The notes beneath the pieces are model-generated. The model was given only the letters and a program-made list of their open reading frames with translations, made no database searches and was not told the DNA's origin. Positions 40,130 to 52,584 of a stretch of DNA of 64,000 bases are shown piece after piece (within the stretch, counting starts at the first letter, position 1; each line of letters opens with the position of its first letter). Source of the DNA: Heteronotia binoei (lineage: Eukaryota); the NCBI RefSeq assembly GCF_032191835.1, contig NC_083226.1, positions 132,432,001 through 132,496,000 of the forward strand, written 5' to 3'. The position numbers were made by a program, and so were the translations under genes.

Positions 40130-40634
40130 AAAGTAATTGTTTAGGTTATTTGGGTCCAAAGATGCCTTCTTCAGGAAGGGTCTCACAACCATGTCTTCCA
40201 AAGTGGTTGGAACAACATCTTATCATAGAAATGCATTTATTAACCTGGATTCAGTCAACCAGCTCTGCCTGGCATGATACTATCAGCCGTGAGGGGCAAG
40301 AGTCAAGACAAGTGCATAGATACTAAAATGTCCAAGATAAGCTAGACTAGAACCTTTACCTCTTACATTACTAGCTTTCTGTGATAGTGAATTTTTATGC
40401 AATGTGAAGTAATGCAGACTAGAAATAGGTTAGACTGCAGCCTCAAATGCCTCACCTCAAATGCTAGCTTGCAGGAAGAGTACAAGGGGACAGTGCGATG
40501 GGGAAAATCAGCAATAACCATTCCCCTTCCATCTGTGGAAATCCCTCACTGTATCCCACCCCTTATCTACTGTTTGACAGAACAAGGTCTAAGAGCACGC
40601 TTTTTTATTGTTACATTTTACACCTATCACTCAC

Positions 40635-40706
40635 CGGTGGTCCTGATGGAAACGGTGGAGGCCAGCCTGATAAGAAAGATGGAGGTCCACTGAACTTTGA
40701 CCCAGT
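40635..40706 (-). CDS. SMN1: SMN exon 5
   Basis: TGSKFSGPPSFLSGWPPPFPSGPP; tag/gtgagt; lacks the long mammalian poly-Pro run. Confidence 0.93.
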
Positions 40707-41256
40707 CTACATTCAAGTTGTTTAACATGCAACAAAAGAAGGTCTTCATTATATCCATGACTATAAAGCAAAGCAAACAAATTGACACAATGCACCTCAA
40801 CCAATACTCGCTCTAAGCTGTGGAATCTTGTGAGCAAAAATTCTCCTTTGTGAGCTACTGGCATTAAAGTTGTGAACTACTGCTCTGGGGCCATTTTACC
40901 TGAGCTAAGACAAAAATGTGTGAGCCGAAGGTTAAAGAACTCTGAGCTAGCTTACGCTAACTCAGCTAAGAAGCAACACTGACCCCAACCAGAGAACTGT
41001 CAAAGGATTTAAGCATTTAACAACATTTTAGAACCTATATTAATATTCAAAAGGCACCAGGTTTTGTGCATAGCTTTCCAAAATGCATTCATTTCACATG
41101 AAACACAGTCATACAGAGCTGAGCAAGGCTCTCATCTCTTTACCTTGGTAGATATAATTATTCTTAAAGCAGTAGCCCTTAGTCTGGTAGTTCAAGGCCA
41201 ATTACACTCAAACCTTTTAAAGAAAGGCACCACTCCACTAAAACAGTTGAATAACG

Positions 41257-42767
41257 TCCTAGATCCCCACCAGTCTGGCTTTCGCCTGGCCTTGGGATGG
41301 AGACAGTACTGGTCACCCTGGTGGATGATCTCCAGCGGCATATGGATCGAGGCGGTTCAGCGATGCTGATGTTGTTAGACCTATCGGCTGCGTTCGATAT
41401 GGTCGACCATCAGTTACTGACCCGCCACCTCGCCAATGCGGGGATTCAGGGGCTAGCCTTGCAATGGCTTTCCTCTTTCCTTGATTGTCGGGGACAAAGA
41501 GTGGCGATTGGGGGAGAACTGTACCAGAGGCATCCACTTAATTGTGGGGTGCCACAGGGGGTTGTGCTCTCCCCGATGTTGTTTAACATCTACATGCGCC
41601 CCCTTGCCCAGATTGCCCGGTGGTATGGGCTGGGCTGTCACCAGTATGCTGATGACACCCAGCTCTTATCTACTGATGGACAGCCAGCCTGGCTGCGTTC
41701 CAGAAAATCTGGACCTAGCATTGCAAGCCATAGCAGGATGGCTCAGGCTGAGTAGGTTGAACCCAGCAAAGACAGAGGTCCTTTGCTTGAGCCGTGGTGG
41801 CCTGGGAAGGGAAATCCCCCTACTAGCTTTCGATGGTGTGCCATTGGAAACCGTGTGCAAGGTCAAGAGCTTGGGGGTGCTACTGGAGCCTTCCTTGTAT
41901 ATGGAGGCCCAGATAGCAGCCACTGCTAAATCCGCGTTTTTTCATCTTAGGTGGGCGAGGCAGTTGGCCTCCTTCCTGCCGCAACGACCTGGCAACAGTG
42001 ATCCATGCAACAGTCACCTCGAGGTTAGACTACTGTAATGCCCTCTACATGGGGCTGCCCCTGTGCCATACCCGGAAACTGCAGCTAGTGCAGAATGCGG
42101 CAGCCAGACTGTTATTGGGACTCCCTAAGTGGGAGCACATACAGCTGAGGCTGCAGGAACTGCACTGGCTGCCAATTGTGTACCAGATTTGTTACAAAGT
42201 GCTGGTTATTACCTTTAAAGCCCTATATGGCCAGGGACCTGCCTACCTTAGGGACCGTCTCTCCCCATATGTTTCCCAGAGGGTACTGAGATCTGGTTCG
42301 CAAAATCTATTGACAATCCCTGGGCTGAAGGAGGCCAAACTGAAAGCTACAAGAGAAAGGGCCTTTTCGATCACAGCTCCCCACTGGTGGAACCAATTAC
42401 CAGAAGAGGTGCAGGCCTTGCGGACCCTTACCCAGTTCCACAGGGCTTCAAGACTACCCTCTTTCAGCTGGCTTTTTCTTAATGTGGAACCTATTGTACC
42501 GTCGCCACGTAAAATTATAAGATGAGTAACATCGAGACTGTAGCACTAAACTAATTTGTTGAAATTGAATTTGATCGTTTTAATTAGATAGTTTTAATGT
42601 AATAATATCTATAGGTGAACTGTAATATGTAATTTTGTTATGTAACCAGTGTGCTTTTATTATTGTAATGTTTGTATTTTATATTATGCTATGTGAGCCA
42701 CCCTGAGCCTGCTTCGGCAGGGAGGGTGGGATACAAGTTAAATATTATTATTATTATTATTATTAAT
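41257..42767 (+). mobile_element. 5'-truncated L2-type LINE in SMN intron 4
   Basis: LLDLSAAFDMVDH, GVPQGVVLSPMLFNIY, YADDTQL RT motifs; frameshifts; (TTA)n tail. Confidence 0.9.
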
Positions 42768-42801
42768 ACAGCTATGTAGTAACCGGATGACTTTCCCTTA
42801 C

Positions 42802-42945
42802 CCTTCCCAATCCCAGTGGTGGTGGTGGCGCCAGCAGAGGGAAGTGCGAATTCCATTGCGCTGATTTTGTACGACTGTGTTTATTTCCAGGTGACTGGAA
42901 GGACCGGTCACTTTCATCAGTTGAATACTGAGCCTCATTTGCATT
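42802..42945 (-). CDS. SMN1: SMN exon 4
   Basis: NANEAQYSTDESDRSFQSPGNKHSRTKSAQWNSHFPLLAPPPPLGLGR. Confidence 0.93.
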
Positions 42946-44573
42946 CTAGAAAATATAACTTTAATTAGAAATCTGGCACAGACATGTTCAAGGTACACTT
43001 ACAATGTGCTAATAATAAATACACTCTGGTCTTCCTGCATTCGGGTTTTGTGATGCCAAAGAATAGTGGCTATTAGCCACAGTGTGTGTGTATATATAAA
43101 ATTTTTTGCCACTGTGTGACACAGAGTGTTGGACTGGATGGGCCGTTGGCCTGATCCAACATGGCTTCTCTTATGTTCTTATGGTTTTAAATGCAACTAC
43201 CAAAAGACTGCAAAAAGCACAGTAAGGACTGCCTTCTCCTATGTGAACCTGTGTGTCTGGTTACACCCTCACAACAAACTCCCCTTGCAAGGTCTATGCC
43301 CTCACCCATATCTAGGATTTTTTTCTGGAGGCGGCGTCAGGGGATGCTAACCCAATTAATGAAGACAAGAGGAGAGGGAGGGTCAGAGGACCAGAAGAGG
43401 GTGTGTCTGGCAGATTTGGGAGGAGGCACTGCCCCCATGGCCCCCACCTAGTTACAGCCCTGTCTATGCCTCTCTGGCAAGGTCCCATGCTTCTTTCTTC
43501 TGTTGTGGTACTGGTCCTATGGAACCAACTTCCAGAGGCGTGGAGGGCACCCTCAGTGGAAACCTTATGGAGCTCTAATAAAGTGCTCATTTGAGCAGAA
43601 GCTTCTCAGATGGATGGCATTTGGTTGACAGCAGCAATGGGACAGTACAAAATCTGGCACTCTCCCACACACCCCTCCATAACCCTTCACTTATGAGGTC
43701 TATAGAAGCTGATTTTTTTAGCTATCTGGAAGTATACATTCTATCTGCTGATGTTTTGAAGTGAGTTTTAATTTAAACTATTTATTGTACCTCTTTAGTT
43801 GTAAGCCACCCTGAGCCCTGCTTGCAGGGAAGGGCAGCCTAGTAAATCCAACCTAATAATACCAGGGCTTTTTTTTTTTAGCAGAATGCGCAATAATGCA
43901 GTTCTGGCTGCTTTGGCCTAATATGCAAATGAGTTCCTGTTGGGGTTTTTTTTTACAAAACAACAACATCTGAAAGAAGGGGAACTTTTACTGGTTGTTT
44001 AATGTGATATTTGTAAATCTTTTAAACTGTTTAAATTTCATTTTGTAGGGACTGCTGGTAGTTGAAAGCTGCCTTGGGTGTAGAATAAGACAACAGTATA
44101 GCTTTTAAAAACAAATAAAAGGCACAAGATCAAATTCAGTTCCTATGTAGGCAGTTACCTTGAATAAAACTTTGCTGTCTTAAAGTTGCCAGTTATATTT
44201 AAACTGCATCCTGTCCACTTCTGCTATTAATTTAAAGTCATTTTTAATCTGCCTTTTTCCTATCATGGACTCATAACATATTATAATAATACACAATACA
44301 TAAAATCAATAATTTTAAACAGAACAGAGGCCAGCCAGCTATTGCTGTCCCTAGTAACAATCCAATCCTCATTTAAAGGCCTGCCCCAATTACTCAGCCA
44401 TGCATGATTTGTAAATTCACTCCTTCCCCCATCATTCCCACCACCAAAGAGGCCATGCCACAATGTAAGTGCTGCCACCAAAAAAGGCCAAGGCTGATTT
44501 AATATGCCTGCGCCAAGGATACATACTATAAACCCTGCAAGTGCTGTTAAAATAAGAAGTTTCTCCCATTTCA

Positions 44574-44852
<279 letters not shown>

Positions 44853-45777
44853 TCAGCCTCCTAGATTAGCAAAACTTCTTTTGTTCAAAAAACCCTTTTC
44901 TTCAAGCAGACTGTTTGAGATGTATACTTTTATACCCTCCCTGCACAGTTAGTATTCGTTTGCTTCCTTCTTAATCCAAAATGTTAGTTTTAGATACCTG
45001 TCACCCTTATTTTACATGGTTCTTCAAATGCACCATCTGAAAACATGGAATCAAATGTGGCACTCTCTTCAGCAGCTTCTACAAATATTTCATTCTGGTT
45101 ACAAAAGTATCATTCCTGTTTCAAAAGCTAAAAAATGGAATAATACCACTGAACAACATATACTCAAGACAGCAATACAAAACAGGCCTTCTCAAATATC
45201 AGTAAATAAAGAAAAAATGGTGGTGGGGAACAGCATAAGTGTCAAGTGGAAAGCCAAAACTGCTGTTCAGACCACTGCACAAAATAACACAATACAAATA
45301 AAGTATATTAAAACAAAACAGTTCATGTATATCTCATCTATAAAATTATATCATGTGGTTTGTGGTTCAAAACCAATATGCAACATACAATATTCATATA
45401 TGCCAAAGTGAAAAAGTGTCCCAAAGTACAAGTCCCTAAGGGGTCTTTATTAGTTTATAGATGAGACAGACAAACTCCTTTGTTTTAATATACTTTAATT
45501 GCATTGTATGATTTTGTGTAATGGTCTGAACAGCAGTTTTGGGCTTTCTACTTGACATCAAACATCAGGCTTTCTCTTTCCTGTAAAATTTCAGGTACAA
45601 CATTATAGGAAAGAGAAGGCAATTGAAGGTTAGGTTGCTATTCCCTAAGCCTTGTATTTGGGAACAACTTTAACTTGGAAAAATAAAGTCCTTTTTATGA
45701 TAAAAAGAAAAACATTGAAAAGCTTTAAAAAGATATTGCCTTTGTGTATGCTGTCACAAATGTCCCCCCACAATGAC

Positions 45778-45903
45778 CTGTTTCTGTGATGCAGCATTAC
45801 TTTTCTTCCTACTCTTGTTCTTTTTGTTATTTTTTCTTTTCGTTCCAGCATTTTGCTCCATTTTAGCCAAAGGCTCTGAACAGTCACCATTCTTCAAAGC
45901 ATT
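45778..45903 (-). CDS. SMN1: SMN exon 2b
   Basis: NALKNGDCSEPLAKMEQNAGTKRKNNKKNKSRKKSNAASQKQ; weak donor CAG|gtcatt. Confidence 0.92.
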
Positions 45904-46138
45904 CTGTTAGAGAAAGTTAAAAAAAAACATTTTAAACAATGGATTGTTCTCTGAAGCCCATGTCACAGCAACCTATTCAGTAGAGGCCCAACCATACCCA
46001 AGAGCATAAAATGGGAGGAGTGGTTCATATTCTAAGTATTGGAAGGTATAGACCCAGGATAGCCTAGGTCTTTGAGGTTCATACTTTAGCTACACTGCTT
46101 CCATTCTTTGCCGCCTACTTTTTTGAAACAGACTAGGG

Positions 46139-46562
46139 CAGGGGTGTTGAACATGCGGCCCGAAGGCCAGATCAGGCCCCCAGATTACTCCTAGCAGGCC
46201 TGCAAGCAACTCACTGTTGTCTGCTTTCTTCTCCCTCTTTTGCTTTCTTCTGTGTCACAGTTTGCTTTGCCAGGCTTGCTCAATCGCACAGAATCGACAG
46301 ATTAAAACCTCTCTTGACTGACGCTCCTCTCTTGGGGAGGAAGGGATGGGAGGGAAAGCTTTCTTTGGCAGGCTCTCTCAATCGCACAGCAGAGTTGCTG
46401 AGCCAAAGCTCTCTTCCTTCTATTGGCTGAGGTTCCTCCCCTCCTTGTCCCCTTTACATCTCTGCTACCTGACATTACATTTTATGACATACATGACCTG
46501 GTCCGATAAGGTCTCATTCATGTTATATCTGGCCCTCATAACAAATGAGTTTGACACCCCTG
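46139..46562. mobile_element. hAT MITE in SMN intron 2a
   Basis: CAGGGGTGTTGAAC...GTTTGACACCCCTG; TSD GACTAGGG/GACTAGAG. Confidence 0.8.
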
Positions 46563-47859
46563 GACTAGAGCAACACTTTTAAAATAACTGCTCTAATATC
46601 TTGCTCAAGGCTGCAAAAAGAAAGGCTGTCCTCAGCAGCTACATTGACTGAGAAACACATCTTGATAATTGCTGACACAGTTGCATGTCTTTTGGCTGCT
46701 TCCATCCATTTAAGAATGCACACAAGGGAAAGCACCATAAACTATCCAGAATCAGAACAAAATTGCAACGACTGCCATATCTGAATGTTGTCAATTACAG
46801 AATATTTTGTTAGAAAACTAAATTGGCAATACAAGATTAAACTATATTGCTTACAATGAATTCAATCACAAGAGAAATGATGACAATCTTGTCTGTATTG
46901 TATATTACTCAGTGATAATGTACTAAAAGGGGATTCTCCATCAGTGTGCCATATCAGAGACTGTCAGACTGAACAGGATGGACTGTATCCCATCTATTGA
47001 CAGCAATCTTTCCCACGTTCTCATTGTCCTACAACCCTGAAGGTTGCAGCAGAAACAACAATAAAGAACCATATTGACTAAGGGACTGAAGCAACAATAA
47101 AAAAAATCAAATGTCACTCTTCCTCCCTCTTCTACCAGCAAAACATCAGTTGAATATCATTTTATTGAGTTCCCAACTTTTTAAATTTCCCAGCTTTTAT
47201 GTAAAAAAACAAAAACCTGCTAGCCCCTTTTGCTGAAGAGATGTGCTTTTCTACTTATATCTCCACAACAAAAGAGAAGGGAAACATACTTGGGGGGGGG
47301 GAGCTAAAGCTGTGAATTTAAAGAACCAAATACACAGATTGTATTACTGATATAACAACAGTCAACTGCTGATTAAAACAGAATAGCCCTTGGTGGCAGG
47401 GTGAGGTGGGGGATGGCTGCTTCAAGAAGAGGAGGAAAGAAAAGGTCCTTGAAGGTGGGACCAGGAAAATCTGAACATTCCCAAACAAATGGCAACCATT
47501 CAGGCTTTACTGCAATATTTCCTGAAACTTTACAGCAGAAGCAAGTTTGGAAAACACTGAAGAAACACCAGGGAAAACCTAGATGATTAATTAATGGATG
47601 CTATGGAGAAGCAGGAGAAAAACACTTTCCGATAGTATCAACCCTAGGGCAAATAACGGGTGTGGAAATGGTCTAAGAGATGCTGCATCTGTGAATCACC
47701 GGGTTTTGGCCTGCCTGTTAAAGTGATTACAATCTCAACCCCATCCTTCCTTCCTTGAAAACTGTTACATCTGGAAATAAATTCTAGAGAGCAGCTTCCA
47801 TGGAAGCTTAAATCTCCACAGCTTACATTATGCACTAACACCACCAGGATGTGCTTTAC

Positions 47860-47931
47860 CTTGAAAGATGCAACTGCTTTATCATATGCCTTTATGAGGG
47901 CTGTATCATCCCATATATCAGAATCATCACT
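47860..47931 (-). CDS. SMN1: SMN exon 2a (Gemin2-binding region)
   Basis: [24 protein letters not shown]; 72 nt. Confidence 0.97.
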
Positions 47932-48014
47932 CTGCAGAGGAAAGAGAACAATACTGAGAGATTTATTTAGCCCATTTTAAAAAAAAATTATAAAAAGAGC
48001 TATGAACTAAATCC

Positions 48015-48232
48015 TATGACTGCCAACTCCATTTTGGGAAATTCCTGGGGATTTGGGAGGCAGAGGTTGAAGAGAGCAGCGTTTGGGGAGAAGAGTAAGC
48101 TCATCGGAGATATGATGCGTAAGAATCCACCCTCTGAACTTCCATTTCCTCTAGGGAAAGTTATATTTGTAGTCTGGGGATCAGCTGCAATTCCTGGAGA
48201 GCCCCAGGCCCCATCTAGAGGTTAGTAACCCT
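48015..48232 (-). mobile_element. MITE-like repeat (AGGGTTGCCA-type termini) in SMN intron 1
   Basis: Recognised common lizard/gecko repeat core ctccaggaattgcagctgatccccagactaca. Confidence 0.55.
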
Positions 48233-48269
48233 CAAACCAGATTACTGAAACAATGGGCACACCCTCTTA

Positions 48270-48940
48270 AATACTTCGATAGTGTGTTAAGACGCATGCT
48301 GTTATGTAACGCTCGCGATTCCAGTCGCCTCCTCCGATTCACCAGCAACACGCGACAAATACAACGCCACCGCACAAGGAAGGGCCCTCGAGAGCGATCC
48401 TCGCAAACGAAGGCGGGGGAAAGCCCTGCCGCGGAGCTCACGGGCAGTCCCACATACCTGCCCGGCCCCGCGCCTGAAGAGAATTGCTTCGTCCTCGCTT
48501 CGAGCAGCCATGGGGTTTTCTGGGGCCAGTCGACCAAGCAAGACGGCGCTCACTCAACAGGCCTCCAACGTTGCCGCCGCCATGGATACCTCATCAGCCA
48601 AGGACGGGGAGCGGGAGGAGCTACTGCCGCGGAGGCTTCAACGAGCGTGGCCGTCTCGTTCGCGTCGCTTGAGCAGAGATCGAATTACTGACCTCTACTG
48701 GCAAGGAGGCCTCGGCTTCTTCCCGGCCGCTTTATGAGGCGCTTCCTTTTAGGCAACACAGCAAAGCCTCTCGCGACAACGCGCGTCAAGTCAGGGATCC
48801 TGCTCAGAATTTCCTTTAGCTTTGCATAATCAGTTGAGCACGGGCAACCTTCGCTCTGATAATATCGACTTTTGACTTTATATATAGCTTTGTATTGCAA
48901 TGAGACACGCTGTTTCTTGTGTAGGCCTGCACAGGAGTTA
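48270..48940 (-). promoter_or_regulatory. SMN1: SMN CpG island / promoter
   Basis: High CpG density around exon 1; TATA-like TTTATATATA at 48877-48886; octamer-like CTTTGCAT at 48820-48827. Confidence 0.75.
48458..48511 (-). CDS. SMN1: SMN exon 1 coding part
   Basis: MAARSEDEAILFRRGAGQ|gtatgt; LFRRGxGQ motif conserved; total CDS 837 nt = 278 aa + stop. Confidence 0.9.
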
Positions 48941-49114
48941 TAAGCGACATTAAAATGGAATTTCAACTAGGAAAGACACGGACTCCTCTATCCAATATAT
49001 AGGGTTAACGGCGCCAAATCTGAATCTAGTTACGCAAAATTGAATATACACGATATTAATCGCATGAACTATTTTACATTACATAATATTTAAAATGGAA
49101 TGGTTTAAAAACAT

Positions 49115-49320
49115 TAGAATCATCATAAAATCATAGAGTTGGAAGAGACCTCCCCGGTCATCAGTCCAACCCCTTGCACAATACAGGAACTTCACAAATA
49201 CATCCCCTGTGACCCTTGCTCCATACACAGAAGATAGCAAAAACCTCCAGGATCCCTTGCCAAACTGTCCTGGATAAAATTGCTGCTTGTCCACTAAGTG
49301 GCAACCAGTATTTAACGGTT
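49115..49320 (-). mobile_element. CR1 3' tail (related copies about 63059-63250 minus, about 9495-9610 plus)
   Basis: atcatagagttggaagagacc...tccaaccc, with an ATTCTATG-type tail in reverse. Confidence 0.7.
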
Positions 49321-50042
49321 CAGACAAGGAATAAGCAGGCTGGAGGGCACTGTGGCCTAGTTCTTCCTATATAGATTTATAGTGGGTACTTACACTTTCT
49401 GTGTGACTCAGAGTCCAGTAGCAAAATATGTGGCAGCAGGGTAGGAGCTTTCATGAGTCACTACATGCTTCTTCACATCTGAAGAGTCCCTGCTCAGTTC
49501 TTTAGATTTGAAGTAGTGACTCAAGGAAACTCAAGTCATGCCAAGCCCTTCTGTCTTCCACCATCCTGCCACATATTTTGTTAGTCTTTTTACTGCCTGC
49601 CTGCTAGCTAACACACTGACCTGAACAGGATATCTGATTAGTACAGATATATACAAAACCAAACAATGATATAGAGAGGAGGTGGCAATTTATAGTATAT
49701 GTTTGTATGTAATGAAGCAGTTTGCTCCTCTAGTATCAGTGTGATTTGGTTTAGCCTTATTGGGTGGAGCTCTAGTTTCAGTTTCCAGTTTTGCATAGTT
49801 GTTGGAATTGTCTTCTTGCAAATAAACAGTTGATGTTTTGAGACTGCTTTTCTCTGTTGAATGAGTGGTCCAACCTGGGAACTCACAGCAGAAGGGGGAC
49901 ACTACAGTGGCTATAGGGTGTCCTCCTGCTTATGGGACATACTAAAACTAGGAACAGTGATTGTCCTTAGACTATACATGATTGCCAATAGAGAATCAAC
50001 GCTTGCCCATAGGGAATGGAAATTAGGCTTAACCTAATTTCG

Positions 50043-50346
50043 TTAGCTTTGCATAATCAGTTGAGCACGGGCGACCTTCACTCTGATAATATCGACTTTT
50101 GACTTTATATATAGCTTTGTATTGCAATGAGACATGCTGTTTCTTGTGTAGGCTTGCACAGAATTTACAAGGGCCCTTTCTTGTGCGGTGGAGGCGATTG
50201 GAATCGAGAGCGTTACATAATAGCATGCGTCTTAACACACTATCAATGTATTTAAGAGGGTAATCTGGTTTGAGGGTTACTAATCTCTAGATGGGGCCTG
50301 GGGCTCTCCAGGAATTGCAGCTGATCCCCAGACTACAGATATAACT
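50043..50346. repeat. Chimeric duplicate of the SMN upstream region (direct) and intron 1 (inverted)
   Basis: 50043-50161 = 48816-48934 (4 mismatches in 119 nt); 50170-50346 = reverse complement of 48159-48388 with 36-nt and 17-nt deletions. Confidence 0.95.
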
Positions 50347-51563
50347 AAACATGACTGCCAACAGAGAATCCACACTTGTCATAGGGAATAAGAGAGACCA
50401 CACTTCCCCTAAGGACATAGACTATACATGATTGCCAATAGAGAATTCATCTTTGCCCCTAGGGACTAATGAATACGTCTGCCCATAGGAAATAGCGGAA
50501 ATCACACTTGCCCTAAGGCAAGCAATTGTCCATAGACTATACATGATTACCAATAGAGAATGCACATAGGGAATAATTGGGACCATGCTTTCCCATAGTG
50601 AATAATTGGGACCACGCTTCCCCCTTTATTTTACTTTATTACCCTTTCTTCCCCCATTTATTTCCCTTTCTTTCCATTTCTCCCAGTATTTATTTCCTTC
50701 TTACCCCCTTTATTTTGCTTTCCCTCTTTTTGTTTCTCCCCCCCCCTTTATTTTACTTTATTATCCTTTCTTCCCCCTTTTCAGTTCCCTTTTCCATTTC
50801 TCCCACTATTTCCCTTTCTTCCCATTTCTTTATTTCCCTTCCTTCTTCCCTCTCTCTCTGGAGTAGTGCGCATTGTGAAGGACTACTGCCACGGTATATG
50901 AGTGCATTTAAAGGTCTGCTGGGAGCAGCTGCAGTTTTGACATGAAGGGAGGGAGGGATAGCAGGGATGAGGGGTGGGAGCCAGCTACCATCAGTTCAAT
51001 TTGCACTTGATTATACTAGATAATGTGGCCTAATATGCTAATAAGTATGTGACCTAATATGGTAATATTAGGAAATGTGGTTAAAATGCTAATGAGTTCC
51101 TGCTGGGCTTTTTTCTACAAAAAAAGTCCTGGACCTAGGCATTTGCCTAGAGCGGCAGGTCATGTGTGTGTGCCAAATCAGGCTTTCCCCACATGACTTC
51201 AAGTAGAAAAACAATTATTTGCATTAATTTTGCCGGCCTGAATTGTTCTCCCTTGGCGGGGCACTGTTTTTTTAAGTTGATAATATGGCCCGTGAATGCA
51301 GTTATAAATATCCAAATGGCCCTTGACAGAAAAAAAGTTCTCCACCCCTGCTATACATGATTGCCAACAGATAATCCACACTTGCCCATAAGGATTAATG
51401 GAGACCACTCTTGCCCATAGGGAATAATTAGGACCACACTTGGCCATAGAGAATAATGGAGAGCAGGCTTGCCCTAAGAACAACAATTGCCAATTTACAT
51501 GATTGCCAATAGAAAATCCACACTTGCCCATACGGATTAATGGATTCCATGCTTGCCCAAGGG

Positions 51564-52212
51564 CAGTGGTCCCCAACTTTTTTGGCCCCAGGGACCTGCC
51601 CAAGGGCTGGCCCACCCACCGTGGCCCCAGGGCCTGCAAGGTGGGGGCACCACATTCAGCCTCCCCCCCATCCCCCAGTGCCTCCTCCTGTTCTCCCATG
51701 ACACCTCCTCCCCCCCGCCACCCACAGCACCTCCTCCCCCCTCCATTCGTACAAGTTTAAGGCTTCCGAAGGCAATGGTGAAGTGCCTCCCCGGCTCTTT
51801 AAAGGCCGACCCCTCCCCGCCACTGATTGGTAGGGAAGCCACAGCAGTAGCGTGAGCAACCAGCTGAAAAAGCCACGCTGCCCTTGTCTCCTTCCCACTT
51901 CCTTCCTGGACATGGGAAGGAGGCAAGGGCAGTGTGGCTTTTTCAGCCGGTTGCTCGACCTGCTGCCCGGTTTCCTTGCTGATCGGGGGGGGGGGGGGGG
52001 CGGGGATAGGTTGGCCTTTAAAGAGCCTGGGAGGCACTTCACCAGAAGGCCTTAAACTTGTACAAATGGAGGGAGGAGGAGGCACTGCGGGGGCGGGTGG
52101 GGCTGCGAGGCTGCATGTTGCTGCGGGGGGCGGGGCAGCAGGGCAGTGGGGCCCTGTTGCCAACACGCCACAGACCAGTACCAGTCCACAGCCCGGGGGT
52201 TGGGTACCCCTG
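51564..52212. mobile_element. Fold-back hAT (MER20/Charlie-like) element (related ends at 60593-60805)
   Basis: CAGTGGTCCCCAAC...GTACCCCTG; near-TSD CCCAAGGG/CCATAGGG; internal inverted repeat about 51720-52090. Confidence 0.75.
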
Positions 52213-52584
52213 CCATAGGGAATAATGTAGACCACACTTACTTGTAAGCACAGCAATTGTCCATAGAAAAATGCAAATAGAAAATGGTTACCTACAGGAA
52301 ATGGAGAGCACCCTTGCCCATAGAGAATAATGGAGACCACATTATCTAAGGACAGCAATCGCACATAGACTATGCATGATTGCCAACTGAGAATGCATGA
52401 TTGCTCATAGGGAATAATGGAGATCACACTTGCCCATACGGGAAAATGGAGAGCAGGCTTGCCCTAAGGACTTTGATTGCCTATAAACTATACATTATAG
52501 CCAATAAAGAATGCACAGTTGCCCATATGAAAAAATGGTAACCACGACTGCCCTTAGGAAATTAGGCTTGCCCATAGGGAATAA

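Noticed and set aside
41297-42525. Active reverse transcriptase gene
   Set aside because: RT motifs are split across frames and the element is 5'-truncated; it is a dead L2 copy.
51537-52427. 296-aa Pro-rich ORF and overlapping mirror ORFs
   Set aside because: They arise from a GC-rich palindromic transposon and satellite; low complexity, no splice or domain support.
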